Source: Catajapyx aquilonaris
Taxonomy: Eukaryota
Length of the DNA stretch: 48,696 bases
Direction of reading: 5' to 3'
Assembly (NCBI GenBank): GCA_000934665.2
Contig: JYFJ02002927.1
Location: forward strand, 1 to 48,696
A model generated the notes under the pieces. It was not told where the DNA came from, did no database searches, and saw nothing but the letters and a program-made list of their open reading frames with translations. Of the stretch, positions 25,320-38,428 are shown one piece after another. A program made the translations under genes and the position numbers. Every line of letters begins with the position of its first letter. The first letter of the stretch is position 1.

Positions 25320-26560
25320 CTCAGACGTTGAAAGGGGACGATGTTAACAAATTGAACGAAACTTCGAGACCTAATCGAAAGAATAAAGTGAAAGAAAAAG
25401 CAATTGGGTTGCGTCGAGATAAAAAGGCATCCACTCCTTTGAGTAGGACTATAATTTTATCGGCATGCGAAACAGGTGATTTAACACAACGTACCTTCCT
25501 CTGATTTCTTCTCATATTCTTGGAATGTGAACCTTCATATAATAAAGGAAAAAAGGTATGCGGGATGTTAAGGGAATATGAAGCTAATAAAATCCTCCAT
25601 ACAGGGTCGGCTTATGACAAGAATGTATATAGCAAAATGCATTTTTTTCTCACTAATGCAAGCAGATGGTACTAGGAAATCCTTCCCGTTTGCTGCACAC
25701 TGTTCCCAGCTGTTGGAAATGCGTTCGGATTTACGGAATATTATTGTTATCCAAAGCGTCGTGGGCAAGTAGCCGGAAATACACCTAATGAGAACGTCCT
25801 GTACAGGGTTTCATTTCATACTGTTTGTTTGGATAAGATATGCTGTTCACTGATCCCAAGCTACTCGGTTAACGCGTGTAAATCTATGAGTGTTGCAGGT
25901 GCTCTTATAAGAATATGACTGATTTAATATCCAACAGTCCAACCATCCATCATGGTTCACGGATGACTTTTGGAAAATCTATTCCGAAAGCTGATGCCTG
26001 CTGTAAATGAAACAAGTCCAAACACTCTGTTCTAGATGGATCTAAATATGATGCAAGTAATGCAACTATAACTGCAAGATTAATTTTGAGGTAATACACC
26101 ACTGGACACGTAATACTACAGTACATGATATGGTGCGTATGAACATGTGGCATAATATAGCCAGTGGCAATAATATTCACCTCAATCCGATTAGAAAAAT
26201 ATTGGCATTAGTATTAGATTAGTATTTCGGATTCTCCAAAGCCTATATATAGGCAAATGAATCTAATTGCATTTTGTAAAACGCTGGATTAGAGTGCGAA
26301 ACGATAACCGTTATGTCCTCGGGCTCTGAAGTAGAGGGAATAGTTTCCGTACCGTCAGCGCTATATCTACACGCCCAAAAATCTGCATGTGATAATTCAG
26401 AAGTGTCCAGAATTTGACGGACATATCTGACCCATTTTAGATAACACATTTTCAAAAGCCTACATTCCACCTCCACCGCCAACTCGGTACCATGATTACA
26501 AACCCCACGTTCCATTTTTCAACTAATCTCTTTCCTAAAATCAGTGTTACCCTAACTTGG
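25320..26560 (-). mobile_element. Ancient CR1-like LINE ORF2 relic (endonuclease to RT start)
   Basis: Ordered degraded motifs: FRKEIS..ELAVEV, ITVIVSHSN (like IIVGDFN), SRTECLDLF (like SxTLLDLF), TLWITIIFRK (like PWITxxIRK), PIAFSFTLFFRLGL (like IAxSLTxLFNxSL). Confidence 0.55.
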
Positions 26561-28603
26561 ATTGCATAAGCCTGCAAAGTTGCTCGTAAGGCGTATCCTC
26601 ATCTGACCCTCACCACAACAAAAAAGGACCGTTGCGAAGAGTGGTTTTGACCACAAACCATGAGCATTTGTGCGCACTAATTGAATCACTGTCAATCTGA
26701 TTCCCTATGCAGCAGGTCCTTGTAGCCACCGCCAGTTGAACCGTCGTTCCTAATCCCGCATGCGGCCAAAGGGGCCTTCCACACCTACCCACTGTTCCTG
26801 TTCACTATACTTGGGTCTACACCAGGGATTAAATTTCTCTGCCCGTGTCAAACTTGTTCCCTTGCAACAGTCAGCCTTGGGTAGACCGCAGGAGATTAGG
26901 ACATCAAATTATTCATTGATTTAATTATGGGTACGATGCGTGGATTATGGGAAATTTGCGTGTTTATGCTGTGCAAGTCGAGGTGAAAATAGCTTCATAC
27001 CCGGCGGGAATGCCTGTGACTACAACACTAGCGTGATTTCCCCCCATTCCCATCAAATTAACTTCCTGTTCTCAGTACGCCCGGTTGTGACCATATTGGC
27101 CCGGATTTGGTGATCGTTGCACCCTCGATTTACCAAAAGAATAGCAAATGGATCAAACACACCCCCGTCACACAGGATCATATAGGGACAGAATCAGTCC
27201 AGTTCTGTCATTTTGAAAAATCAAGCCTGCTATTTGTGACATGACTTTGTTCAGGTGGTAGGCACTTTGTTTGATTCATGCAATGTTATTGTAGGTTACT
27301 TGAAAATATTGTAAAATCAATAGACTGCTTTTCAAACGGAGAGTTAACCCAGCATAATCCGTTCAATTTAGCCTAGAGGTGAGGTACAGTGCAGGAGTCT
27401 GCCGTAAAATGATTTTGCATATAGGGGAGTGGCGGTGGGGAAAATTATTCCCCAAGCCGTATAAAGTCCTAAGTATGGCATGTTCTCTTATTGCAAAGTA
27501 GCATGAACTCCAATGAAACTCCATGAAACCAATGTTTTTCAATAATGTGATGCCCCAATATGGTATATATTAATATATAGCCGTTAGATGGCATATAACA
27601 GCCAATTTTTATTCCACCTGTGCAATGAATTTGAAGCTCCCCACATCATGCATGTTATTTTCGTTCAAATCTCTCCCTGACACGTATAGTAAATGAACGA
27701 TAATGGTCTCTACCCTCACGGGGACACTACCCCATAATGGACTGATAAAATAAAATAAATATTTAGTTACAGCGTTGGCATTTTGACGCGCTCCCAGGCG
27801 TGATACCTGACCCCCATCTGAACATGTAGCACAATAGAGGCAAAATGGCACCAAGCGCAATCTGAAACGTGTCCCGAAGAAGCAAGGCTTAATTACGAAT
27901 TTATCCGGATGAAGCTGCAAATACCTTCTCCATGGGGCGGCTGAGAAAGCAGGCGTTTCCTAGCCATATAGAGTGGTGAAATCCCATGGCAGTCGGCTGG
28001 ATGGAAGGAAAAGCGCTAAAGCAGACTGCACAAGTAAAGTTGGTGCTGCCGGGCTTCCCTCCCTCTCCCCTCTTTCTCCCTCTCCCCTCCTTCCCCTTTC
28101 CGGGGGCCTGGCGTTAACGGAACACTCGGGAGATTTGCTGTCAAGCAGTGAGCAAGTGGCTTGTCTAAGCCCAACTCCAGGCTTTGCCCTTCTGGCCTTA
28201 GGCTACAGCCTGCAAGTCTCCTTTGTAACAGGCTTATCCGCACTCCCTGGGCTCCTTGCCCAATCTAAGCATCCCTCAGGATCATTGCAAACTTTGGGTG
28301 CACCATCGCACTGTTCTATTCCTCTCTTTCTCGCTCCTTCTCGCACTTAGATGACTTACTTGCGCTTGATGGAGCCCGGCTGCCATTAGATGCATGTCTA
28401 CTGCTAACAGAGCACATAAAACCTCTTCTTACTTGACTCTACTGCTAGTCTGATACCGACATCTCTCGTGGATATCCCCGGTTGTTTCTGTCGATATGTG
28501 ACACTGCCGTGTAGAGTAACTTTCTTGAGAGGACCAATTATGTGACTCCATCCTGTCACAGTCGCTGCCATATTTTGTACTATTTTTTGTTATAGTTTTT
28601 TAA

Positions 28604-28866
28604 CCTGGAACCGTGACGTGGGGTCTTTTAGGACCCCAAAGGAATTAAAATTCATTAAAATGATAATTACAATGAACTTTTGCCATATCAGGAAGTGCAT
28701 GTTTATTTTGAATTAGCGATCATTTTAGGCATTGTTCAGAGAATGATTGCACATAGTCAATACAAAAGTATTATATAAAAATTAATAAAAATTAAAATAT
28801 GGATGGGGTCCTAAAAGATCCCACGTCACGGTTGCCGTAACTTTCAGACACGTCACGGTTCCAGGG
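28604..28866. mobile_element. piggyBac-type MITE (263 bp)
   Basis: TTAA TSD (28600-28603, 28867-28870); TIR CC(C)TGGAACCGTGACGTG; asymmetric subterminal repeat CACGTCACGGTT duplicated at the right end, as is typical of piggyBac. Confidence 0.9.
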
Positions 28867-29349
28867 TTAAAATCTTTTCCTTTTCATGAGCAAATTCAAA
28901 TCTAACATAATGACAAAATCTAGCAACCGTACAAGTGTCCTAAATATAGGACGCGGGACATATCTGGGTTAAACAAATACCTATTCACATGACGGAGAAC
29001 TACGGACCTGAACTTTTTTTTCCCCGCACAGAACCGACAGACACACTATTTACCAACAGTACGGCACGAACAAGAACCCTGGCGAAATGGAAATGAAATT
29101 AGGCCTATTACACACTGCAGCGCGCGGACGGAAACTAAAAATCAATTCCGTCGGTCCAAAAAGTGGACTGTTTCCCCCTGTAATATAGTACACTGTATCG
29201 TCACGTCCAGTTGTCCCATCAGCCCCACATAAGCCAAATGCATTTGTCATCAGTCAACTTTTTATTAGCACTCACAGGAGGGCTTTCACATCACATCCAA
29301 CTATAATTACACCGTGCGGAGCGTAGCTGGCCCGGCTAAGTAAGGACCG

Positions 29350-31050
29350 AATGCCAAATTAGAACCAAGCATACTACTCCTTTTTTCCCTCACTGTCACT
29401 TTTTTTTGACGGATGTGCAGTTTAATAATGCTAATACTATGTAAACCTACGCTTGAATTGTTTGCGGATAGATGGTTAAAAATTCGTGTTTTACACCTTT
29501 GAGTGCCAGGATGGAAGTTTGCTGGAGTCATCGTGAGAATATCGTGAAACAAAATATAGTTGTTTACGCCATTTCGAGATGATGAGTATACTGCAGCGTG
29601 CATAAACATGATACAATACATTAGGATGGTTATATAGTCCACGCTTTCATAGGCTCCATTTACATCCTGGCGACTAATCCACAGTGGGTACAGTGCGTAC
29701 CGTCATAGCAAAAGGTAGCTGCGTAGTAACAAAGGATTGAGGCAACGGAAATGAACAAAAAATTCGGGATGGGATATTTGGTCGGGTCAAAGGTCAAATG
29801 TTCTATTCGACTAGCTTTTGCTAATGAAACAGTTGATATTTGTATTCCAACAATACTTTCTAACCAAACTGCTTGATACTCTGAACACTCCATTTAAAAC
29901 GCCAGTGAGCTTCGTATAAGCTGTAGCAAAAGTTTAACTCTTGGAACTAGTCATGCGCCTAATAAGTGATTATTATATTGTAGACCTTTTTGTTTTATTT
30001 CGGATTTTGTCAGGTTTGAGTATTTTCGAAGCTGTATGGGGGGATGAAATTGGGGTTTGAAATACCTCATTGTGATGTCAAATGAATTATGGCTGCAGGA
30101 AACCGGATTGGCCGCGCATATCCGAGGTATTGAAAAATTACTCAACTCTGTCATTAATTAGGACGTGGCTGCAACAAAGCCATTATTGTTTTAATAGCTT
30201 GCCTATAAATACTATACGGACACCAAGTTGCATTGCACCAGCCTATTGAATAAACGTGGCCAATATTGATCTTCACTGCACGTAATATTATATGGAAATA
30301 AATAACCTTATCTACTGTATACTCTGTAGAATAATAATCCTGATCCGATATATGAAACTATTCAATACAATGTTATATTACTGCAGCTTTTTTTGTCAAT
30401 ATGATGTGATGTTATTCCGTATTGTGGATAAAGTTCACTGGTGTTGGTGCTTGTGGTTTAAAATATTTTAGTAAAACAATCGTGACCAAACACAGAAGCA
30501 TCTCGTGAATAGAAATCAATTCCCGCTTGGTGAAAGACCTGAATAAGTCTGAAGACTGAAGTGAGTATAGCCTATACCACTGAGTAATCTATCAGAATAA
30601 TCATAAGTGATCACCAGAATTTTTTTCCAAGATATTCCTTTTTGTTATGATGTACGGCATCCATTAGGCCTGTATGAGCATACAGGGTGTGCACTTCCCA
30701 AGTCCCCAATTCAAGGGAAGAAGTTATGAATATTATTAACTCCATCAACTTTTCTCTATAGAGAAACAATAATTTGATAACTAAGTGACTATGATCCTAT
30801 TGCTTCCTTAGAATTTCAACTGGTTGCTAGGATAAACGATCCTTTATAGCTTCTTCTTTTGAACTGGAAATCATCAATAAAAATACCGATCGATGTATCA
30901 TATTTGCAAATTTGGTTTGGTTTTCAAATTTTGATATAGAAATCTTGATATCACACAGCCCTGGGTGATCTGATTTCTCTGAGAAAATATGACATAAGTT
31001 AATATTAGCTACCATATCTGTCAAAAATCGACCAAACGTGTCCTTCCTCT
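29350..31050 (-). mobile_element. Ancient CR1/L2-like LINE ORF2 relic
   Basis: KSDHPGL (endonuclease SDH, ~30970), then HPPIQLRKY (like HxxLLxKL), LTFDPTK (like LxFNPxK), FHPGTQ (like VWHP) in the expected order. Confidence 0.4.
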
Positions 31051-33039
31051 ATGACAGAACTACCTTTCATAAATCTCACCACGGGCTGAACCTCTCAGTC
31101 TTTATGATAGTTTCTCCTTCCACTGTTGCCGAGGCACCGCAGCATAAGGACATAAATTATATTACATAGGCCTCCTCAAAAGTCACGTCAGCGTACCTGA
31201 ATTGCTGTATCTCTATTATGGCTTGCAGCATGACGTATACAATGACGCTCTAGCCATCTTTTCTAGCACGCATACTCATTTTGATCCCGTAATAATCCGA
31301 GCAGAGAATAATCCGACACTCTTTCTGAGCATCACGTCCAGAGCACTTAATCGCCCTTTCTGAGATGAAACATCCCGAGAACTTTGTGTAGCGTCATCAG
31401 TTGTGCCGCATGCAATCAGATAGCCAGAGAAGCAATTACAGCTTTGATTCCGTCACGTTGATCCGAGGCCCAAGCATGGCCGGAATTGGCACGGTCTGGA
31501 CTTAGCAATGGCAGACAAGTGTTCTTTGTCCAGCGAGTTTTGCTCCCTGCCTTTCACCTTCAGCTGCATCCTGCTGCACCCAGCGTCCAACGTCTCCCAG
31601 ACGGTCCAAGCATCAGCAACCAGACGCTAAATGTTGAGATTACAAGAATAGAAAAAAAAGTGCGAGAAAGAAGAAAAGGGGCCAGAAATGAGCGAGATTT
31701 TCCTTAGTCGCGCTGACAGATTTCTTGCACCGACTGCCAACTTTTTACTTGGCTCTTAAAAGCTTCTGGAAATGTGCTAACGCGGGGACGACTGTTTTCT
31801 GATGTTTAGCACGTACAGTTTACCGCCTCCAAGAACCGTGAAACTCCTCTCCAACTGTGCCATCAGAACTTTCTAAAAGCAAAGGAGGAAAAATAAAATG
31901 GGGGAGCTTCCAGTAAACGTAGCGTGCTGAGAACGATCTGGCGCCTTCTTCATTAACATACTCTGGCCACACTCATGTTCCCTTGACGAGGCGCAATATA
32001 AAAGGTCAGTACGGGAATAATGAAAAGTTCACTCTTTTGAAATTTCAAGTGTCACAAAAATGTCCCGAGAGAGGCAGGATGTCACAAGAAGTTGGAGTCT
32101 TGCAGCTTAATTTACTTTTCATTATGTCCCTAAGCTGTGTCGCTTGAGTGTAGTGAACTCATGTTCTGAACTTAATAATGATGCATTTGTAAGTAGGTCT
32201 GCACACTGGTATAAATATGCGATTATGCATATTTTCTTTATGAATGAGACTGATTTTCATGTCACATGACTTTGTTGCGAATTTTACACCCAACGAGCCC
32301 AAAAGCATGTAAAGGTTTTATGGATCATATGGTAGGCCTAATGTACTGTATAATATACCAATAACACAGCACTTAAAAGATATTACTGTACAATAACATG
32401 GAGCGACTTTGCACATAATTTTTGTGTTTAGGACTAATTTATTCTCATGCTGCATTCGATATAATGGTTGTTTGAAAAACACAAAATGAATAAATATACC
32501 GGTACGGTATTCCTTTAAAAAATTTGATCAAAAATATTGACCAGTACGTTTTGCTCATTTTGTAAGTCTGTCAATGTAGCAACAAGGTTGTCAAGCAGGA
32601 TAGTTATTATACCTGCTCCGGGGGGAAAAATGCAGTGTGGCTTGTTCCGGGGTTGCGGGCAAGAGACCTACACACGAACCAAAAAAAAACCCGTTTGCGC
32701 TAAAAGCACTCGTTATTAACCTCATTATCCAATCAGTTATCTCTCATCCAATGCTCTACAGCCCTGAACATTTCAACGAGGACGATCGATAAAAAGAGTT
32801 GTATCTTTCACGAACATTTTGTGCCCTTTGTTGTATTAAAATGTATAGACCTTAGTGAAATACATTCGGCTTCCCGTTGTTGCCGGCAAATAAAAATTTT
32901 ATCACGCAACTTTTGCCGTCAATAAAAGAGATCACGGTATTTGTAAGCATCTCAAGTCGGTCACGTGTAATTCGAATTTGCAGCAATCACCAGTTTCTGA
33001 GGCGACTCGCGTCTTCTCATGCTTACTAACAACTGATTA

Positions 33040-33270
33040 CTACTGACACTGCCCTTCATGAAAGCACAAAGCTAAAGGAACTTGAGTAAACAGTTTCCCG
33101 GAATCCCTCCCCATTATCGCAAGAACGAGGAAACCTTCCAATCCAAACACACAACGGTTGAACAAATGACTAACATAAGGCACACCACTCGGCTGTATAC
33201 ACGTATCCAAAGTTGATTCGACTCCTTTAAGGCTTACGCCGAGCTTGTGCTGAGAAATCAAACGCAACTG
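33040..33270 (-). mobile_element. LINE RT N-terminal fragment
   Basis: PYVSHLFNRCVFGLEGF resembles PxLTHLFNxCLxxGxFP of CR1/L2 RT. Confidence 0.4.
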
Positions 33271-33539
33271 TCTTTGCAGAGAACCTAATTACACAACACT
33301 CTTCCCTCTTCCTGCATGACTCCTTGAGTAAACGCTCAAGACAGCATATTAAGATTAGTCTGCAGAATATATAATATGCGCCTTCGTTTTGGTGAGATTG
33401 CAGATATTACCATTTTTGTTTAACATTCGGCAGGTCCACGCTGACATTTTCCTTATATTATGATGGATAACCTGTTAATGGCCTTTGTTTTGACGTTACT
33501 AAATTACCTCATAGCCTATTTAAAGGAGCCTGATGAAAG

Positions 33540-33685
33540 TAAGATGAAATGGAACGACTCAGAAAAATATGAAGAAAACACATCGAAACATTATTCGCCA
33601 TAGTTTTTTTTTTAAATCTCCCGGCCCGCACATCGAACTCAAAACCTCAAAGGTGGATAATTGTGGACTTAACCATTACACAATC
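33540..33685 (-). mobile_element. Old degraded copy of SINE family A
   Basis: catcgaaacattattc..ccggcccg..atcgaactc..acctcaaaggtgga..taacca aligns by eye to the copy at 36384-36666. Confidence 0.5.
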
Positions 33686-34666
33686 ATACCTTCCCTTCAT
33701 ATTCTTCCCAATATATTAACAATAAAATAAGGGTACCCTGTGATAGGTCAGTGACATCTTAGGGGACCGTTTCTATTCCGTCTCTATTAATTTACAGCGC
33801 TGCTAATCGTAGATTCTGATTGTGGGGGGAAACGAGAAACCTCAGCAAAACTCTTTCCCCATGATAAAAGCCTCTTTACGAGCCAAGGATCGAACTCATG
33901 TAACAAAATAGTAACCTGTAGGGGTCAGAAATATCCGGTTACGACGTAGGCCTGCACGATTTTTAATAATTATTTTGGTTGACAAACGCGACTATACCCG
34001 CACCTTATCCGGGAAAGCATACACAGCCCCCGAGCTTAGCTCGAGTCATGAGTTACTTTCATTGTCGTGTATCGACAGCTCTTTGTTTTGAGCTAATCTA
34101 TATCTAGCCACTGTAGGATGGATAAATTGCAATTTTGTCCTGTCTCATTCTGTATTAGAGAGCCAGTTTACATACAAACATATACGCTCTGCATGAGGTG
34201 TGTAATTTTTGCCATGATATTATACTGCAGACGTGCAGAAAGCTCCTGAGCACAACTGCGCTCTTCTTAAGCATGGATCAGTTAATTCACGTACAGTATG
34301 TACTTTCATCGCCTTGTCAGGTAAAATCCCGCATATACCAGGTGTATATACACACCAAGAAACTTGCACAGTTACGCCTGCCCCCTGCGTGGCTCGTGCC
34401 ACAGTGTAAGACTAATATTAAATGTGGCAAGGACCGGAAAAATATTTAGTGGCTCTTCCGGAGAAAGGGGCATGTGCTTCTCATGCTATCGTATGTACTG
34501 TATTACATACTAAAAGACATTCCACGATTTCCCCACTTGAAAGTTCATTTAATAATAACCTATTTTCATCCTCAAAACCTCGTACACACATGAGCTACTT
34601 TATTTAAGACAATAATTAGCAAATTAAGGTTTTGTGATATAACATTATGACCCCCCCCCCGCCCCC

Positions 34667-34710
<44 letters not shown>
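34667..34710. repeat. (AAT)n microsatellite between two C-tracts
   Basis: About 14 AAT units, flanked by TGAC(C)n at 34648-34660 and 34717-34730. Confidence 0.9.
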
Positions 34711-34711
<1 letters not shown>

Positions 34712-34995
34712 CCAGTTGACCCCCCCCCCCATTTAGTTTCCATTTGATGTTTCTTGAAATAAAACTGAAGCACGGATATGCAAAAGGGCCCAAGTGCCGA
34801 TTTATGCGCAAATTAGTTGAGATATACAAATTGTAGGTAAGCCATACATGCATCACATGCTGTGGAAGATGGAACCAAATTCATGCAGTATGTAAGAAAT
34901 GGAAGTATAAATATCGAGGGAAATGCATAAGGGCCCATATGCAGGAATTGGGCCATCTCTGAAGACCCTTGACACAGCATGTGAGGATGTTGAAG

Positions 34996-35225
34996 TTGGT
35001 GTGGTGGTTAAGGAACCCGCCTGCTAATCGGGAGGTCCTGGGTTCGAATCCTGGGGCCGGAACCCATGACTATTGTTTTCTGCGGTTTTTACGGTCCCCC
35101 CAGGATAATTCCGGGGTTGTTTCCGTATAATAGGCCACAGCCGCCTCCTTCCTTCCCTACCCTTGGCCCCATTCAATGGTGGTACTCCACCCCCCTAATG
35201 GAGCGCCGATTCTCCCAATGGGGTA

Positions 35226-35269
<44 letters not shown>

Positions 35270-35297
35270 AAATAATAAATAATAAATAAATAAATAA
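34996..35297 (+). mobile_element. tRNA-derived SINE family C with TSD and (TAAA)n tail
   Basis: A-box TGGTGTGGTGG, CTGCTAA loop, B-box GGTTCGAATCC. Core CCAGGATAATTCCGGG..TAGGCCACAGCCGCCTCCTTCC; (TAAA)n tail. 17-bp TSD ATGTGAGGATG(T/C)TGAAG at 34979-34995 and 35298-35314. Confidence 0.9.
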
Positions 35298-36383
35298 ATG
35301 TGAGGATGCTGAAGATGGCATGTAGATTGCTGCCATGACTGTGTGTTAATCAGATGAAATTAATAAAGAACTCCTCTAAACAATGATGACTGTGTTGATG
35401 TTCATTCACATGCGAACATAACATGCAATATTTTTTATGCCATTGTTTACTCTTTCGTCATGGTATGGTGTCCTGATAATGTACATTTCGAAATGGTCGA
35501 GGAAATGCAAAATGGCCCTAATATGGCAACAATGAGTGGCCCGTACTTCGCGTACGTGAGATATTTGATAAATATAAACTGTACGCAGCTATTCCCCTTC
35601 ATGCACGCCAACTTTCCTCTGTAGCTTGGTCAATGAGTTCCGGACATTATGTTGGCTGCGATACGGAAAAAATGCTCTCCTGAAAAATGTGTCACCTTGC
35701 AACCGGGCCCTTTTGCATTTCCCGTTCTTCAACTGTATATCAAACTTGACTGCAAGAGTGTGGTACAGTACCATATTGTAATGTAAATAAGTGACAGGGT
35801 TCAATTAATGTAAATATCTAGGGGACCTCCCCCATGTAAAGGCGTGAAGCCTCCCAGAGTTAAATAAATAGTTAAACTAAACTAAACTAAACATGACTTA
35901 TTGTACTGTCCTACATCGTATGTTATGGCAATATTTATGTGCAGGTGATTCCAAGGCACCATATTGGCTTATGGACTACAAATATTATTTTCGTTTCAGC
36001 TTTCTTTTTAGATAAACATCATATTAATTAACTTTGAACCTTCTTTGATATTCAAAATGCAATTTTTGTAAGTCAGTGATAGTTTGGATGGCCAGTTTCA
36101 TGCCATTTCATAACAACATCTGGTAAAATTATTGCACAGTACATGTTCATATGGTGCTGCGACAAGACAGTATCCTGATTACACTATAATTGTGCTGTTT
36201 TTTCGCATAAAAAGGTTCTTCTATGGTTGCATCTTGTATATAACCCTGTTAAAATGTTCGCAAGCTTGATGACAAAATAAAATTCACGAGTTTTTGCTTA
36301 CATCAACACTTCAGCTATATCCGACAGTGGGGAAAAAATTAGTTTGAAGTGCCATTGGATTCTCCATGTCCTCCACCTGTATA

Positions 36384-36666
36384 ATAATAATAATATAATA
36401 ATGATAATAATGGATACCCCGTGATAGGCCCCTTGGGCCTCTTAGGGGATCATCTTTTGAATACCCGACTTTAATTATTTGCCTGTAATGTGATAGATTT
36501 TGATAGTGGAAGGAAACAGGAGAACCCCGAGAAAACCCACGCGAACACGGAGAGAACCCATCGAAACTCTATCCACATAAGTATCCTCCGTCCGACCCGG
36601 GGATCGAACTCGGGACCTTAGAGGTGGAAGGCTGCGGCGCTAACCACTCGGCCACCGTGTCGCCCT
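36384..36666 (-). mobile_element. Full-length SINE family A with TSD
   Basis: Head GGGCGACACGGTGGCCGAGTGGTTAGCG..GTTCGATCCCC, V-like core, (ATT)n tail; 13-bp TSD CTCCACCTGTATA (36371-36383, 36667-36679). Confidence 0.9.
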
Positions 36667-38428
36667 CTCCACCTGTATAGTACCCAAATAATTATGGTGT
36701 AGCACAGCCACACAGAAATGGGTGTAAAATGGCTCCAAATATGCGTGTCCTAAGCAAAAACAGCTAAATACAAGCCATGAAATAATTCGTTTGTTTCATG
36801 CAAAAGCAGCTAGATCCAAGTTTGTGTGCATATCAAGCCTCGTATATTCCAATGCGATAAAAATTTTCCATGATGTTAAATGTGTTAAATTTAGTTTTTT
36901 TCGTATCTATATGAAACATATACAGTACACGAGACTGTCTCATGAGTGGTGGAATCAGCATTTTAACACTCCATAATTATTATTATTGTTAAAATATAAT
37001 TTCTGTGCGGAAAAAATTACATTTTTTTCAAGCAAAAACACTAGATCCAGATTAGAAGAAAAACCAGCTAAATCCAACCCGACCTCCAGTGGGTAAACTA
37101 CCAATCCACGATGTTCAAAACTTACATTTTAAAAATGCATAAAAATGTCATCTCATGACTCCCCTTGTCAGCTACTTTCAGTTTGCAACCGTTTCCAAAT
37201 GACAGGTTTTTCTCCGTCTCTCCCGTAAAATTTATTATTATGGACTTAGCTGATTTTGCTTTCGAGCTCCTCTTTATCTTTAAAAACACCTTTGTTACAC
37301 CCTTAAGTAGCCTACTTTATCTTCCAACATCCAGACTATGCATGCCAGATATGAATACTTGGATTGCTGTCATTATGGTAATCACACAAAACGAACCTAC
37401 AGCTACTGTATATATTTTAATGTTAATTTATTGTGAACATCCTTTAACGACCGTACATGTTGTTGTAAGCAGAGGTGAGATCGGTCAGCAAAGTCCTGTC
37501 ATTAACTACTTCATTCTGAGAGCCAGTGTGACACTGTTGCCAGCTGTCATGCAGAATAATAGGTCATACTGATTTTCTTATTTATTATAATTGTGGGTGG
37601 GTAATGCTTTCACCCCCTTCTTATTTATTATTAATTTTTTCAAAAATTGTTTTGTATGTCTTATGGCCTATGCTAGTGGCTAATACGGTTGTTGCTTACA
37701 ATGCTTTCCTTGCCCACAAGGATGACAATAATCTCTCCTTCGGAGAAATTCAGCGAGTAGAAGTCTGAATATAGTGTTATATTTTCATTGCCAGTCTTTA
37801 ATATCTATGCTGATTATTTATCAGACTATTAGGTACCCTGTATTTCAAAATGAAGTCTTTAAAAACTGACATCATTTTGGGGCTGTTTATTTCAAAAATA
37901 GTTTTAGGCACCTCTCTAGAGCCCCAGGTCTGGATATTACAGTATAATGGAAAAATATACAAAAACTGCTGAGGTCGTAGCTGCTGTTGTTTATTGTTGT
38001 TGTTGTTGTTGTAATTATTCACAGCACGTAATTATGCAGTTATATGACCAGACTCACTCGCTCTGTGGTTCACCAAAAATAATGATGTGTTCCCAGGAGG
38101 CAGGTATTGCCTCTCACTCTGCCATAAAATATATTTCTTTTTGTGTGTTTTGGTATATGCAGGAACATGGACAAATGCAGTGAAAAATATTTTCCCCGGA
38201 TCTCGCATCCACATCGCCTATTCATATTGAGTTCCTAAATTAACTTTACTGAGAGTGCACGAAACTGCACGAAACAGCTATTAGAGCCGCAAAGCATTTA
38301 CGGTGATATCTCAATGAATGAAGCTATAAACTTCGTCTAAGTAATCAACGTAAGCTTCTGCAAAAGAATATAAATATTATTTTCAAGCAATATATTACTA
38401 AACAAGAAGCTTTTGTTTCACTACATTA

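Noticed and set aside
27807..27817. ATGGGGGTCAG|GTATCA as a first coding exon giving MGVR-CVVQCG
   Set aside because: The phase fits, but the donor is weak and such a short match is expected by chance.
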